DNA of 64,000 nt from Roseibacillus sp. Lineage in GTDB: Bacteria; Verrucomicrobiota; Verrucomicrobiia; Verrucomicrobiales; Akkermansiaceae. The notes beneath the pieces are model-generated. The model saw nothing but the letters and a program-made list of their open reading frames with translations. It had not been told where the DNA came from and ran no database searches. Below are positions 1 through 9,325 of the stretch, piece after piece. A program made the position numbers and the translations under genes. The stretch's first letter is position 1; every line of letters starts with the position of its first letter. Where the stretch lies: NCBI GenBank assembly GCA_965242925.1, contig CBDEUM010000014.1, positions 581,848-645,847 on the forward strand. Direction: 5' to 3'.

Positions 1-290
1 TCCGTGAGATCCATCTTCCCATCTACGGTCAGTCTAAAATCCTGGTAGATATCCGTATCGGCGGCCTCGTAACGGGCATTCACGCTGAGAAGATCCGTGA
101 ACTGGTACCCTCCACCAACTCGAAAGCCTTCTCCATCGGCGGAAAGACCAGTGCCGGCAATCGTGCCAACCCCGTGTATGAGCCCCGCCTTCAGGTGGAA
201 CTCTCCAGTGGTTTCGTTCGCGCCGATTTCTGCGTGGGCAGCAGCCATTCCGAAAACGCCAGCAGTAAGGAGGAGGGTTATCTGTTTCAT
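1..290 (-). CDS. Exported protein, probable outer-membrane beta-barrel (3' part runs off the window)
   Basis: Not in the ORF track. Read manually: ATG at 290, MKQITLLLTAGVFGMAAAHA signal peptide, then alternating beta-strand-like segments (FRVGGGYQFTDLLSVNARYE). Open to position 1. Confidence 0.6.
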   Translation of the reverse strand, partial: MKQITLLLTAGVFGMAAAHAEIGANETTGEFHLKAGLIHGVGTIAGTGLSADGEGFRVGGGYQFTDLLSVNARYEAADTDIYQDFRLTVDGKMDLT

Positions 291-389
291 AAAGGTTGCG
301 GTCGTCCGTAATATTGCCCTGAATGTAAAGACCGCAATCGGGGCCTCTCCATTTAGTTCGCTCTTCGGCCGTAATATTTGAATCCATTC

Positions 390-2009
390 ATGTTCCGCGT
401 TTGCTCACTCCCCGGGATCTTATTCCCCCTGGATACTCCGCCCCTGCTGCCTCCCAGACTCCTTTTGCTGCCGTTCTTTCTCGGCCTCGTCGCGACCACT
501 GCCGCGGCCGCCCCGAAGCCCAATGTCCTGCTCATCATGGCGGACGACCTGGGCTACTCGGACCTTGGGTGTTACGGGGGGGAGATCCGCACGCCCCACC
601 TCGATGCCCTTGCCAGGGGCGGCCTGCGCTACACCCAGTTCTACAACACCGCCCGGTGCTGGCCCACCCGCGCGGCCCTCCTGACCGGTTACTACGCCCA
701 GCAGGTTCGCCGCGACAACCTGCCCGGCGCAAAGAACCGCGGCACCCGGCCCTCCTGGGCCCCACTCGTCCCGGTCAATCTCAAGCAAGGCGGATACCGT
801 TGCTACCACGCCGGCAAATGGCACCTCGATGGAATGCCCCTGCAGAATGGTTTCGACCACTCCTACTACCTCAAGGACCAGAGCCGCTTCTTCAGCCCGC
901 AGGTGCACTGGAAGGACGACGTGAAACTGCCCCCGGTGAAGCGGGAGTCCGGCTTCTACGGGACCATCGCAGTGGCCGATGCCGCCATCGACCATCTCAA
1001 GGAACACGCCACCAGTCACGGGGACAAACCCTTCTTTCAGTACGTGGCCTTCGCCGCGCCCCATTTTCCTCTCCATGCCCTCCCGGAAGACATCGCCCCG
1101 TGCAGGAATCGCTACGCCGCGGGCTGGGACAGGATCCGAGCCCAACGCTGGCAGCGGGTGCAGAAGCTCGACCTCGTGCAGGGCTCGCTCCCGGCAGTGG
1201 AACGGGAGATCGGTCCCCCCTATCACTTCCCCGAACACCTCAGGATCCTCGGTCCGGGCGAGGTCAACCGCCCCCTCCCCTGGGCCGATCTCAGCAACAA
1301 CCAGAAGAAGCTCCAGCAGGCCAAGATGGCGATCCATGCCGCCATGGTGGAACGGATGGACAAGGAGATCGGACGCATCCTCAAACAGCTGCGCGCCATG
1401 AAGTCCTGGGAAAACACCCTCGTCATCTTTCTCTCCGACAACGGGGCCAGTGCCGAGATCATGGTGCGCGCCGATGGACATGACCCCGCGGCGGAGGCGG
1501 GCTCAGCCGCCACCTATCTCTGCCTGGGGCCCGGCTGGTCCACGGCCTGTAACACTCCCTTCCGTCGGCACAAGACCTGGGTTCACGAGGGAGGCTGCGC
1601 CACCCCCTTCATCCTCCACTGGCCCGCGGGCATCAAAGGGCACAACGCCCTGCGCCGCACCCCCGCCCACGTCATCGACGTCGCGCCGACGCTCCTGGAT
1701 CTCGCCGGGCTCACTCCGCAGCGCAGGGTTCCCTCCCCGGGACGCTCCCTGAAAGGCACCTTCCCGTCCGACGGAAGGCCGCTCCACGAGGAACTCTGGT
1801 GGCTTCACGAGGGCCACCGCGCCCTGCGCCAGGGGGACTGGAAACTGGTGGCCGCCAAGGGGGACCCGTGGGAACTGTTCAATCTCTCCAAGGACCGGAC
1901 CGAAACCCGTGATCTGGCCGGCAGCCATCCTGAGCGGGTCGCTGCGATGGAAAAGCGTTGGAACAACCTTGCGGAATCTTTCCGGGAAACCCTCAAGGAC
2001 AACCGATAG
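390..2009 (+). CDS. Arylsulfatase (formylglycine-dependent sulfatase)
   Basis: PNVLLIMADDLGYSD, CWPTRAALLTG (CxPxR), GKWHL, SDNG motifs; signal peptide. Start uncertain (378 TTG, 390 ATG or later). Confidence 0.92.
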   Translation: MFRVCSLPGILFPLDTPPLLPPRLLLLPFFLGLVATTAAAAPKPNVLLIMADDLGYSDLGCYGGEIRTPHLDALARGGLRYTQFYNTARCWPTRAALLTGYYAQQVRRDNLPGAKNRGTRPSWAPLVPVNLKQGGYRCYHAGKWHLDGMPLQNGFDHSYYLKDQSRFFSPQVHWKDDVKLPPVKRESGFYGTIAVADAAIDHLKEHATSHGDKPFFQYVAFAAPHFPLHALPEDIAPCRNRYAAGWDRIRAQRWQRVQKLDLVQGSLPAVEREIGPPYHFPEHLRILGPGEVNRPLPWADLSNNQKKLQQAKMAIHAAMVERMDKEIGRILKQLRAMKSWENTLVIFLSDNGASAEIMVRADGHDPAAEAGSAATYLCLGPGWSTACNTPFRRHKTWVHEGGCATPFILHWPAGIKGHNALRRTPAHVIDVAPTLLDLAGLTPQRRVPSPGRSLKGTFPSDGRPLHEELWWLHEGHRALRQGDWKLVAAKGDPWELFNLSKDRTETRDLAGSHPERVAAMEKRWNNLAESFRETLKDNR

Positions 2010-2039
2010 CGCAGCAGGGCTCTCCTCCAAAACTCGCTC

Positions 2040-2067
2040 TTGCATCAGGGACCGCCAACCCTAGAGT
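2040..2067 (+). promoter_or_regulatory. Putative sigma70 promoter of ffs
   Basis: TTGCAT (2040-2045), 16-nt spacer, TAGAGT (2062-2067), immediately upstream of the SRP RNA. Confidence 0.5.
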
Positions 2068-2071
2068 GCCC

Positions 2072-2165
2072 GCGCCAGGGGTCGTGGAGAGGCGGCTGGT
2101 GAAATCCGCCAGGTCCGAAAGGAAGCAACGGTAGCCTGTCCGACTTTGCCGCGGTCCCCTGGCAC
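2072..2165 (+). ncRNA. ffs: Signal recognition particle RNA (4.5S, small bacterial type)
   Basis: Conserved helix-8 motif CAGGTCCGAAAGGAAGCAAC (2110-2129) with GAAA tetraloop; closing stem GCCAGGGG/CCCCTGGC; about 95 nt, intergenic. Confidence 0.92.
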
Positions 2166-2212
2166 TTCCCCGGCAACAATTACCCGACCCCGGCCGCTGG
2201 CCCCGCGGCGTT

Positions 2213-3607
2213 TCAGGCCACGATGTCGCGCAGGACCTTTCCGGCCACATCGGTGATCCGGAAGTCCCGCCCGGAGTGGAAGTAGGTGAGCTCCTCGTGG
2301 TTCAGTCCCATCAGGTGGAGGATGGTGGCGTGCAGGTCGTGAACATGGGCTTCGCCGCTGGTGACGTGAAATCCGAATTCGTCAGTGGCACCCTGCACCG
2401 TGCCTCCCTTGATCCCGCCTCCCGCCATCCAGGTTGAAAACCCGGCGGCGTGGTGATCGCGACCCCCGGTCCCCACCGGGGTCCGGCCAAACTCTCCCGC
2501 CCACACGATGAGGGTCTCGTCCAGCAACCCCCGGGCCTTCAGGTCGGCAAGGAGGCCCGCGATGGGCTTGTCGGTCTGGCCGCAGAGCTTCTGGTGTCGC
2601 TTATCGTTGTCGCCGTGGGTGTCCCAGTTGGAGTGATACAATTGCACGAAGCGGGTCCCCCGCTCAACGAGCCGGCGGGCCATGAGGCAGCTCTTACCGA
2701 AGCGGTCGGCCTCCCCCTCCCCGATGCCGTAGAGCTTCCGGGTGGCCTCGTTCTCCTGCGAGAGATCCACCGCTTCCGGGGCATGAGCCTGCATCCGGTA
2801 GGCCAGCTCGTAGGCCTCGATCCGGGCGGCGAGTTCGGAGTTCCCGGGCAGGTGACTCTGGTGCTCGTGGTTCCACTGAGCGAGGAGGTCCAGCTGGTCC
2901 CGTTGCGTTTCCGGTGACCGGTTCATGGCCGGGGTCAGGTTGGGCACCGGGGTCCCCGAGGTCTTGAAAACCGTGCCCTGGTAGCCGGAGGGCATGAAGC
3001 CTGCGCTCCAGTTCTGGGCCCCGGAGTATGGGGCCCCGTTCACCAGAACCACGAATCCCGGCATGTTGTTATTCGAGGACCCGAGACCATAATTGGCCCA
3101 GGATCCCAGACAGGGATGTCCCTGCCGGACAAAGCCGGTGTTCATCTGGAGGGAGGCCGCCCCGTGGGCGGCGCTATCTGCCTTGGTGGCACGAATAACC
3201 GCCATCTCGTCGACGTGTTCGCGCAGGTGGGGAAAGAGCTCGGAAACCTCGATCCCGGATTGCCCGCAGGACTTGAACTTGAAGGGAGAGCCCTTGAGCT
3301 TGCCCTTTCCCTTCTGGCTTACCCCCTTGGCGGGCTTGAAATCATACTCTTCGCCATGCCGTTTGCTGAGGGCCGGCTTGGGGTCGAAGGTGTCCATGTG
3401 GCTCGGCCCTCCCACCATGAAAAGGAAGATGCAGTGCTTGGCCCGGGCAGGAAAGTGGGTGGAGGGCGTCGCCCCCCCGGCCCGCACCCCGTCCCGGGCC
3501 AGCATCCAGGCCATCGCCGTCCCGAAGAAGCCGTTGCCGGCCTGCCACAGGAACTGCCGGCGGGTCCGGCCGCAGGGAAAGTTGAAGGGGCTGGCGGGGT
3601 TACTCAT
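2213..3607 (-). CDS. DUF1501 family protein (Tat signal)
   Basis: TRRQFL Tat motif, FLFMVGGPSHMDTFDPKP, GEFGRTP, RDH, HDLHATILHLMG. Confidence 0.9.
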   Translation of the reverse strand: MSNPASPFNFPCGRTRRQFLWQAGNGFFGTAMAWMLARDGVRAGGATPSTHFPARAKHCIFLFMVGGPSHMDTFDPKPALSKRHGEEYDFKPAKGVSQKGKGKLKGSPFKFKSCGQSGIEVSELFPHLREHVDEMAVIRATKADSAAHGAASLQMNTGFVRQGHPCLGSWANYGLGSSNNNMPGFVVLVNGAPYSGAQNWSAGFMPSGYQGTVFKTSGTPVPNLTPAMNRSPETQRDQLDLLAQWNHEHQSHLPGNSELAARIEAYELAYRMQAHAPEAVDLSQENEATRKLYGIGEGEADRFGKSCLMARRLVERGTRFVQLYHSNWDTHGDNDKRHQKLCGQTDKPIAGLLADLKARGLLDETLIVWAGEFGRTPVGTGGRDHHAAGFSTWMAGGGIKGGTVQGATDEFGFHVTSGEAHVHDLHATILHLMGLNHEELTYFHSGRDFRITDVAGKVLRDIVA

Positions 3608-3612
3608 CGTTC

Positions 3613-5727
3613 CTAGCGGTAGCTGAACTCATTGGTATTGAAGAGCACCAGAGCAAGCGAGGCGAGCGGATCAATCTTCTGTTCGCGGGCTGCCTTGACG
3701 AGAAACCGCTTGGCCTGCTCCACTTCCCGGGTGGTCGGGGGGCGGCACAGGATGAGGTCAAAGGCGGCCCGGATCCGGGCTGCCTCTCCCTCGGCCTCGC
3801 GAATGCGGTTTGCCAGGTGGACCGTCTGCTCGTTGATGAAGCGTCCGTTCATCATCAGGAGAGACTGCACCGCGGTAGTTGAAACCGCGCGCTTGGCACA
3901 GCTGCAGGAGGAATCCGGGTTGTCCAGCACGGCTAGTTCCGGGAGCGGAATGGCGCGCTTGGCGAAGACATAAACGCTCCGCCGGGAGGCTTCCTCCTCG
4001 GTCGAGTTCTTCCAGTCCGCACCCGAGGAGGCCCCCACCACCTTGTCCGCGAAGGGTGGGTAGATGGGAGGTCCCTTCATCTCGAGATTCAGTTTGCCAC
4101 TGGCCGCCAGCACCGAGTCCCGGATCGCCTCGGCCTCCAACCGGTGGAGAGGCCAGCGGGAATAGAGCGCATTGTCCGGATCCTTCCCAGGTTCCGGATG
4201 CGTGGCCGAAAGGCGGTAAGTAGACGAAAGCACGATCTGGCGGTGGAGGGGTTTCAGTTTCCACCCTCCCTTGATGAGGGAGTCTGCCAGCCAGTCCAGC
4301 AGGGCCGGGTGTGTCGGCTCTCCCCCTTCCGTTCCAAGATTGTTGCCGTCCTCTACCAGGCCCCGCCCGAAGTGATACTGCCAGATCCGGTTGGCCATTA
4401 CCCGGGCCGCCAGCGAAGCCTGCGACCCCGTGATCCACTCAGCCAGAACCCGTCTGCGACCGGAGGATTGCCCGGTCGGACGCGGCTCCGGCAATCCGCC
4501 ACCATCCAGAACCACCGGCACCCCGAAGGGGATTTCCTCTCCCTTCTGATGCACGTCTCCCCGGACCCGGAGCTGGGTGGGTTTGGGCCCGGCATTCCCG
4601 GGATAGACCCAGCCCATTATCGGCTGGGGCCTGTCCTTCTCCACGGTTTTCAGGTCCTGCTCGTGCTCGGCAATTTTACTGCGCTCCTCCTCCGTCGCCA
4701 CCTCGCGGACCGCGGACCGCACCCGGTTACGCTCCTTCTCCAGCATGTTACGCTGCTCCTTGGAGCGCTTGTCCGGGCTCAGGGGAATAGCCTCAATCGT
4801 CAGGGTCAGCTGTTTCTCATTCAACTTCGCCTTCTGCCCCTCCGGCAGCCCCCCCTGCGACCACCTCTTGAGAATCGGCAACCAGAACTGCTCCTCTGCC
4901 TTGCGCCGGGGCTCCAGCGTTTCCCGCCGGTAGACCTCCTCCGCCTCCCGGTGCCGCTTCCGGTCCTCCTCGGTCCCGAGTTGCCGTTCCTTGCTGGTCA
5001 CATTCAGGGACTCAAAGGCGGCCAGGACCCGGTAGTAATCCTTCTGGCTGAAGGGCTCGAACTTGTGGTCGTGACAGCGCGCACATTGCAGGGTCTGGCC
5101 GAGGAACGCCATCGAGGTCGTCGCTACGATGTCATCCAGAGTATCGTAGACCGCCACCTCCCGGTCAGCCGCGATGGTATCGAAGGTCCCGAGGGCCAGG
5201 AAGGTGGTCGCCAGCTGGGTCTCGATCGTAACGTTGTCGAGTTCATCGCCGGCAAGCTGCTCAAGAATAAACTGGTCGTAGGGCTTGTCCCGGTTGAAAG
5301 ACTCGATGACGTAATCCCGATACCGCCAGACAAACTTCTTGTACTCGTCCCGCTCGTAGCCGGTCGACTCGGCATAGCGAACAACATCCAGCCAATGGCG
5401 CCCCCACCGCTCCCCGTACTGGGGCCGACTGAGGAGATCGTCAACAACCCGGGCGTAGGCCTCATCCCCGGGTTCACGAAGGAACTTCTCCACTTCCGCC
5501 GGGGTGGGGGGCAGCCCGGTCAGGTCCAGGTGGACCCGGCGCAGGAGCGCCCGGGGATCCGCTTCCGGGGCCGGCTTGACACCCGCCTCGACCATCCGCG
5601 TGAAGATGAAATGGTCCACCGGCGTGCGAGCCTGCCCTCCCGCCGGATCAGGCAGGGCTGGTTGCTCCAGTTCGCTCCAGGCCCAATGGCCCTCACCCTC
5701 CGGGTCTGCCGTCCCGGGGCCCGCCAT
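3613..5727 (-). CDS. DUF1549/DUF1553 (PSCyt2/PSD1) domain protein
   Basis: [48 protein letters not shown]. True start may be an upstream ATT at 5775 (see findings). Confidence 0.9.
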   Translation of the reverse strand: MAGPGTADPEGEGHWAWSELEQPALPDPAGGQARTPVDHFIFTRMVEAGVKPAPEADPRALLRRVHLDLTGLPPTPAEVEKFLREPGDEAYARVVDDLLSRPQYGERWGRHWLDVVRYAESTGYERDEYKKFVWRYRDYVIESFNRDKPYDQFILEQLAGDELDNVTIETQLATTFLALGTFDTIAADREVAVYDTLDDIVATTSMAFLGQTLQCARCHDHKFEPFSQKDYYRVLAAFESLNVTSKERQLGTEEDRKRHREAEEVYRRETLEPRRKAEEQFWLPILKRWSQGGLPEGQKAKLNEKQLTLTIEAIPLSPDKRSKEQRNMLEKERNRVRSAVREVATEEERSKIAEHEQDLKTVEKDRPQPIMGWVYPGNAGPKPTQLRVRGDVHQKGEEIPFGVPVVLDGGGLPEPRPTGQSSGRRRVLAEWITGSQASLAARVMANRIWQYHFGRGLVEDGNNLGTEGGEPTHPALLDWLADSLIKGGWKLKPLHRQIVLSSTYRLSATHPEPGKDPDNALYSRWPLHRLEAEAIRDSVLAASGKLNLEMKGPPIYPPFADKVVGASSGADWKNSTEEEASRRSVYVFAKRAIPLPELAVLDNPDSSCSCAKRAVSTTAVQSLLMMNGRFINEQTVHLANRIREAEGEAARIRAAFDLILCRPPTTREVEQAKRFLVKAAREQKIDPLASLALVLFNTNEFSYR

Positions 5728-5833
5728 TGAAACGAGGGGCAGAAGGCCCCCGATGACTGCCGTGCATCTGGTAATGGATCTTCCGATGCCCTATAATACA
5801 CCCCCCGTAAAGCCTTGCTTTCAGGACTTTACG

Positions 5834-6877
5834 CTACCTTGGAGTCCCCTCTTCGGGCTCATGCTTCGTCCAGATCCTCGTATTGAGGTTCAGGTCCTCC
5901 ACGATCTCAAAACAGGCCGATAGCTGGTTGAGCAAGCCACGGACCTGGTCGGGAGAGGAGGCAGGTCGCGAGAACTTTGGTTCAAACCAATCCTTCGTGC
6001 TGGGTATAGCAATAAAGACCTGGGGGCCCCTGAACGCCAATCGCAGATCCTTTCCGAGGCGGGTGCGCAAGGTCAGGATCTGCTTCTGCATCTCAGGGGT
6101 CAGGATGTAACTGGCCTCCAAGGGATCCGTAGCACGCACCACAAAGGCCTTTTCGAATTCCGGGTTTTCGCCCCGTAAAAGGTGTTCTCCATGGTCTGTC
6201 CCCAGTTTCTGGAAGGCCCGCCCCAGCCACCCAAAATGCTTCTCGGCGAAGTCCGGGATCACGAATACATCCCCCTGAAGCTCCCCGGGGAAGGCAGCAA
6301 CCGCGAGCAGGCCGTCAAAAATCGTCTTCGTAGATGTTCGTGTCTCCCCATCGCTCCGGTAAGTGGTCTCATTTTGGACCAGGATTTCACCGATCTGGAA
6401 ATCGGTCTCCCCGATGTAGCCCGTTAGATAGTCCTCGCTCTCATAGACGTTGTATTCCTGCTTGTAGAGGCCGCTGTTATAGAACCAGTGTTGTCCGAAA
6501 TTTCCTTCACTGTAGTAGGCCATATCCGGCTGGATACTCCGAACCAGAGCAGGAATCACCTGGCTCTTGTAGGCAGCGCGGTAGCGGGCACCCGGCCCGA
6601 ACACAAAGAGCGAGCACAGGACAAGCGTTCCGATGAGCGCTAACGCCCCGAGGGCAGACAAGCGGTCGGAATCACCGGTCCCCAACTTCAGCGACGCGGC
6701 GACCATGGTGAGGCTAAACCATCCACAAAGAACCGTGGCGAGCACGGCCACTCTCTTTTTCCGCAGCTCCTTCCGGCGAATGGCCTCGAGTTGGTGGAAC
6801 TCGTCGGAAAGTCCCGTCACCAGGGTGTCCTGCCTCGGTGCGTCGCTAACGCCTTTGGCCTCGCTAGATCTGGACAT
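5834..6877 (-). CDS. DUF3137-like membrane protein (LemA-associated)
   Basis: Two N-terminal TM segments, IFDGLL...FVIPDFAE, ENPEFEKAFVV, C-terminal LNLNTRIWTK; overlaps the 3' end of lemA. Confidence 0.7.
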   Translation of the reverse strand: MSRSSEAKGVSDAPRQDTLVTGLSDEFHQLEAIRRKELRKKRVAVLATVLCGWFSLTMVAASLKLGTGDSDRLSALGALALIGTLVLCSLFVFGPGARYRAAYKSQVIPALVRSIQPDMAYYSEGNFGQHWFYNSGLYKQEYNVYESEDYLTGYIGETDFQIGEILVQNETTYRSDGETRTSTKTIFDGLLAVAAFPGELQGDVFVIPDFAEKHFGWLGRAFQKLGTDHGEHLLRGENPEFEKAFVVRATDPLEASYILTPEMQKQILTLRTRLGKDLRLAFRGPQVFIAIPSTKDWFEPKFSRPASSPDQVRGLLNQLSACFEIVEDLNLNTRIWTKHEPEEGTPR

Positions 6878-7421
6878 CCGTCACCTTGCGTTGGCTCTCG
6901 GGAGTTTCAAACCAGTCCTGCACCCGGAATCCGCAGATTCCCGCCATCACGCTCCCGGGGAACACCTCCACCCCCTCATTCCATGCCGTGACCGCCGCAT
7001 TAAAGGCCCGCCGGGACGCCGCGATCTGGGATTCCACCTCGGTCAGGTTCCGCTGCAAATTGAGAAACTGCTCCCCCGCTTTGAGCTCCGGATAGTCTTC
7101 GGCCAGCATCATCACCTGGGAGACTTCGGCCCCCAGATCCTGTTCGTAATTGAACCGCTCCGGGCTGTCCGATTCGACCGACTCGATCCCCCGACGAGCC
7201 CTCGTCACCCTTTCGAACACCCCCTTCTCATGCGAGGCGTAGGCGCGGACCGTCTCAACGAGCTGCGGAACGAGATCCCAGCGCTTCTTGAGCTGGACAT
7301 CGATGGAGGCGAAGGCGTTGCGCAGCCGGTTCCGACGACTCACGAAGCCGTTGTACATCAGGACCAGGATGAGGAGAATGATCCCCAGCAGAATCCCCAA
7401 CGTTATCAAAAGCGGTCCCAT
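6864..7421 (-). CDS. lemA: LemA family protein
   Basis: N-terminal TM, IDVQLKKRWDLVPQLVETVRAYASHEK, YPELKA, RRAFN; start taken at ATG 7421. Confidence 0.92.
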   Translation of the reverse strand: MGPLLITLGILLGIILLILVLMYNGFVSRRNRLRNAFASIDVQLKKRWDLVPQLVETVRAYASHEKGVFERVTRARRGIESVESDSPERFNYEQDLGAEVSQVMMLAEDYPELKAGEQFLNLQRNLTEVESQIAASRRAFNAAVTAWNEGVEVFPGSVMAGICGFRVQDWFETPESQRKVTDVQI

Positions 7422-7548
7422 TCGCCCATTAATACGCTTTGCTGAATTAATTCTCCACCAATAATTTAATGCCTGTTGTCCTCGAATCAGCGCCGTGGGA
7501 CAAGACTCCCTCTCCGACTTGGGGTTATCAAACGGTGCCTTTCGACAT

Positions 7549-8442
7549 CTACTTGCCCAGTTCAATCACAGCAGCCACCGGCCAGTGATCGGACGGCACC
7601 ATCTTCTCCTTCATGTGGTACTCGATCCAAGCCCTCCTGGTTTTCCAGCCGGAGGAGACCAGGACGTGGTCGATCATGCGGGAGCCCGGCACGAATCCCT
7701 TCCAGTGGTTGAAGGTGTTGCGATCCTTGACCTCGGGATGGAGTTCGAGAAACGTGTCCCGCAGGGGGGGCTTCCACTGTTCCGGCGTCTTTCCCCCCGC
7801 CAGCTCAACCTTCCGGCCGAGAAGGTAGGCCACCCCCGGATTGGTCTCGGTGGCATTGAAGTCCCCGGTCACCACCACCGGTTCCCCCGGATGCTTACGT
7901 CCTTCGATGCGCTGCGCCATCAGGCGGCCCGCCTTTTCGCGAGATGGCTGGTTCTGGTGGTCCCAGTGCGTGTTGTAGAAGTAGAAGGCCTTGCCGGTCT
8001 TCTTGTCCACCAGCCGCGCCCAAGTGCAGATCCTGGTCACCTGGTTGCCCCAGCTCCTGGATCCGGCCTTCTTCGGCGTGTCGCTGAGCCAGAAGGTCCC
8101 CCCTTCCCTGGGATCCCGCTCCAGACGTTCCTTGCGGATGAAGAGCGCGGAATACTCTCCCCTGTTCTTTCCGTCGTCGCGACCGACCCCGAACCATTGA
8201 TAATCGGCCAGTTCTGCTGCGAGATACGCCATCTGCTTTGGCAGCGCTTCCTGCACGCCGAAGAGATCAGGATTGATCTTGCGAATGGTCTCCACCACCA
8301 GGCCCCTTCGTGCGTTCCAGCTCCGGAGTCCCAAGTCCCCCCTGGCGGCCTGACGGATGTTGAAGGTCGCGACCGTGAGCTCGGCCGCCGAAGGAACGGA
8401 GACCAGGGCGAGGGCAAGGGAAAATAGGACGGGACGAAGCAT
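7549..8442 (-). CDS. Endonuclease/exonuclease/phosphatase family protein, exported
   Basis: TFNIR, GVQE, NTHWDH, TGDFN, IDHVLV, SDHWPV motifs; signal peptide. Confidence 0.9.
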   Translation of the reverse strand: MLRPVLFSLALALVSVPSAAELTVATFNIRQAARGDLGLRSWNARRGLVVETIRKINPDLFGVQEALPKQMAYLAAELADYQWFGVGRDDGKNRGEYSALFIRKERLERDPREGGTFWLSDTPKKAGSRSWGNQVTRICTWARLVDKKTGKAFYFYNTHWDHQNQPSREKAGRLMAQRIEGRKHPGEPVVVTGDFNATETNPGVAYLLGRKVELAGGKTPEQWKPPLRDTFLELHPEVKDRNTFNHWKGFVPGSRMIDHVLVSSGWKTRRAWIEYHMKEKMVPSDHWPVAAVIELGK

Positions 8443-8482
8443 GGAGGAAATGCTACCTGGGGCCGACCCGTCTGTTCAAGGC

Positions 8483-9289
8483 ATGCCTTCAGCACTTGCA
8501 TTCTTCTTCCTGGCCTGCGTCACAACTGCAACCGCCGCATGGCCTGAGGGCAAACGCTCCGAGTGGCAAGGGTATGAGCGCCTCGACTTCCTCCTGCCCG
8601 GGGACGGGGCCCGCTGCATCGTGGTCACGCCCAAGGCCCCGGCCGAAGGCCGCCCCTGGATCTGGCGTGCCCGCTTCTGGGGACACCAGCCCGCCCTCGA
8701 TCTCCTCCTCCTCGCCAAGGGTTTTCATCTCGCCTACTGCGAGGTGGGCGGACTCTTCGGCGCACCCGCCGCAGTGGAGCGGTGGAACAAGTTTCACGCC
8801 CTTGCGGTCAAGCAGGGGCTCTCGGCCCGGCCCGTCCTGGAAGGGATGTCACGGGGCGGCCTGATGATCGTGAACTGGGCCTCCGCAAACCCGGAAAAGG
8901 TCGCCGCCCTTTATGGCGACAACCCGGTCTGCAATTTCAACTCCTGGCCCGGGGGGAAAAATGGCAAGTTTTCCAAGGGCGACTGGCAGCGCTGTCTCAA
9001 GGCCTACGGTGTCGCTGCGGAGGCTGCCCCGCAGCACCGCCAGCCCCTCAGCCCGGAAACCCTCAGGCCTCTCGCCCGCGAGAAGGTGCCGGTGGCCCTG
9101 GTCCTCGGGCTGGCGGACAAGGTCGTCCCGGTGGCCGAGAACGGGGAGCTCCTCGCCCGCAATTACCAGGCCCTCGGCGGTCCGGTCAGGATCTGGCGAA
9201 AGCCGGGGAAGGGGCACCATCCCCACGGTCTGCATCCCCCGGACGAGCTCGCGGCCTGGTTGCTCAAGGCTATCAAGGCTGAATTTTGA
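8483..9289 (+). CDS. Exported alpha/beta hydrolase
   Basis: GMSRGG nucleophile elbow, ADKVVP Asp, GHHPHG His; signal peptide from ATG 8483. Confidence 0.8.
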   Translation: MPSALAFFFLACVTTATAAWPEGKRSEWQGYERLDFLLPGDGARCIVVTPKAPAEGRPWIWRARFWGHQPALDLLLLAKGFHLAYCEVGGLFGAPAAVERWNKFHALAVKQGLSARPVLEGMSRGGLMIVNWASANPEKVAALYGDNPVCNFNSWPGGKNGKFSKGDWQRCLKAYGVAAEAAPQHRQPLSPETLRPLAREKVPVALVLGLADKVVPVAENGELLARNYQALGGPVRIWRKPGKGHHPHGLHPPDELAAWLLKAIKAEF

Positions 9290-9325
9290 CCTTGAGGGGC
9301 CACCCGTCCACCCCATCTTGCGTCC

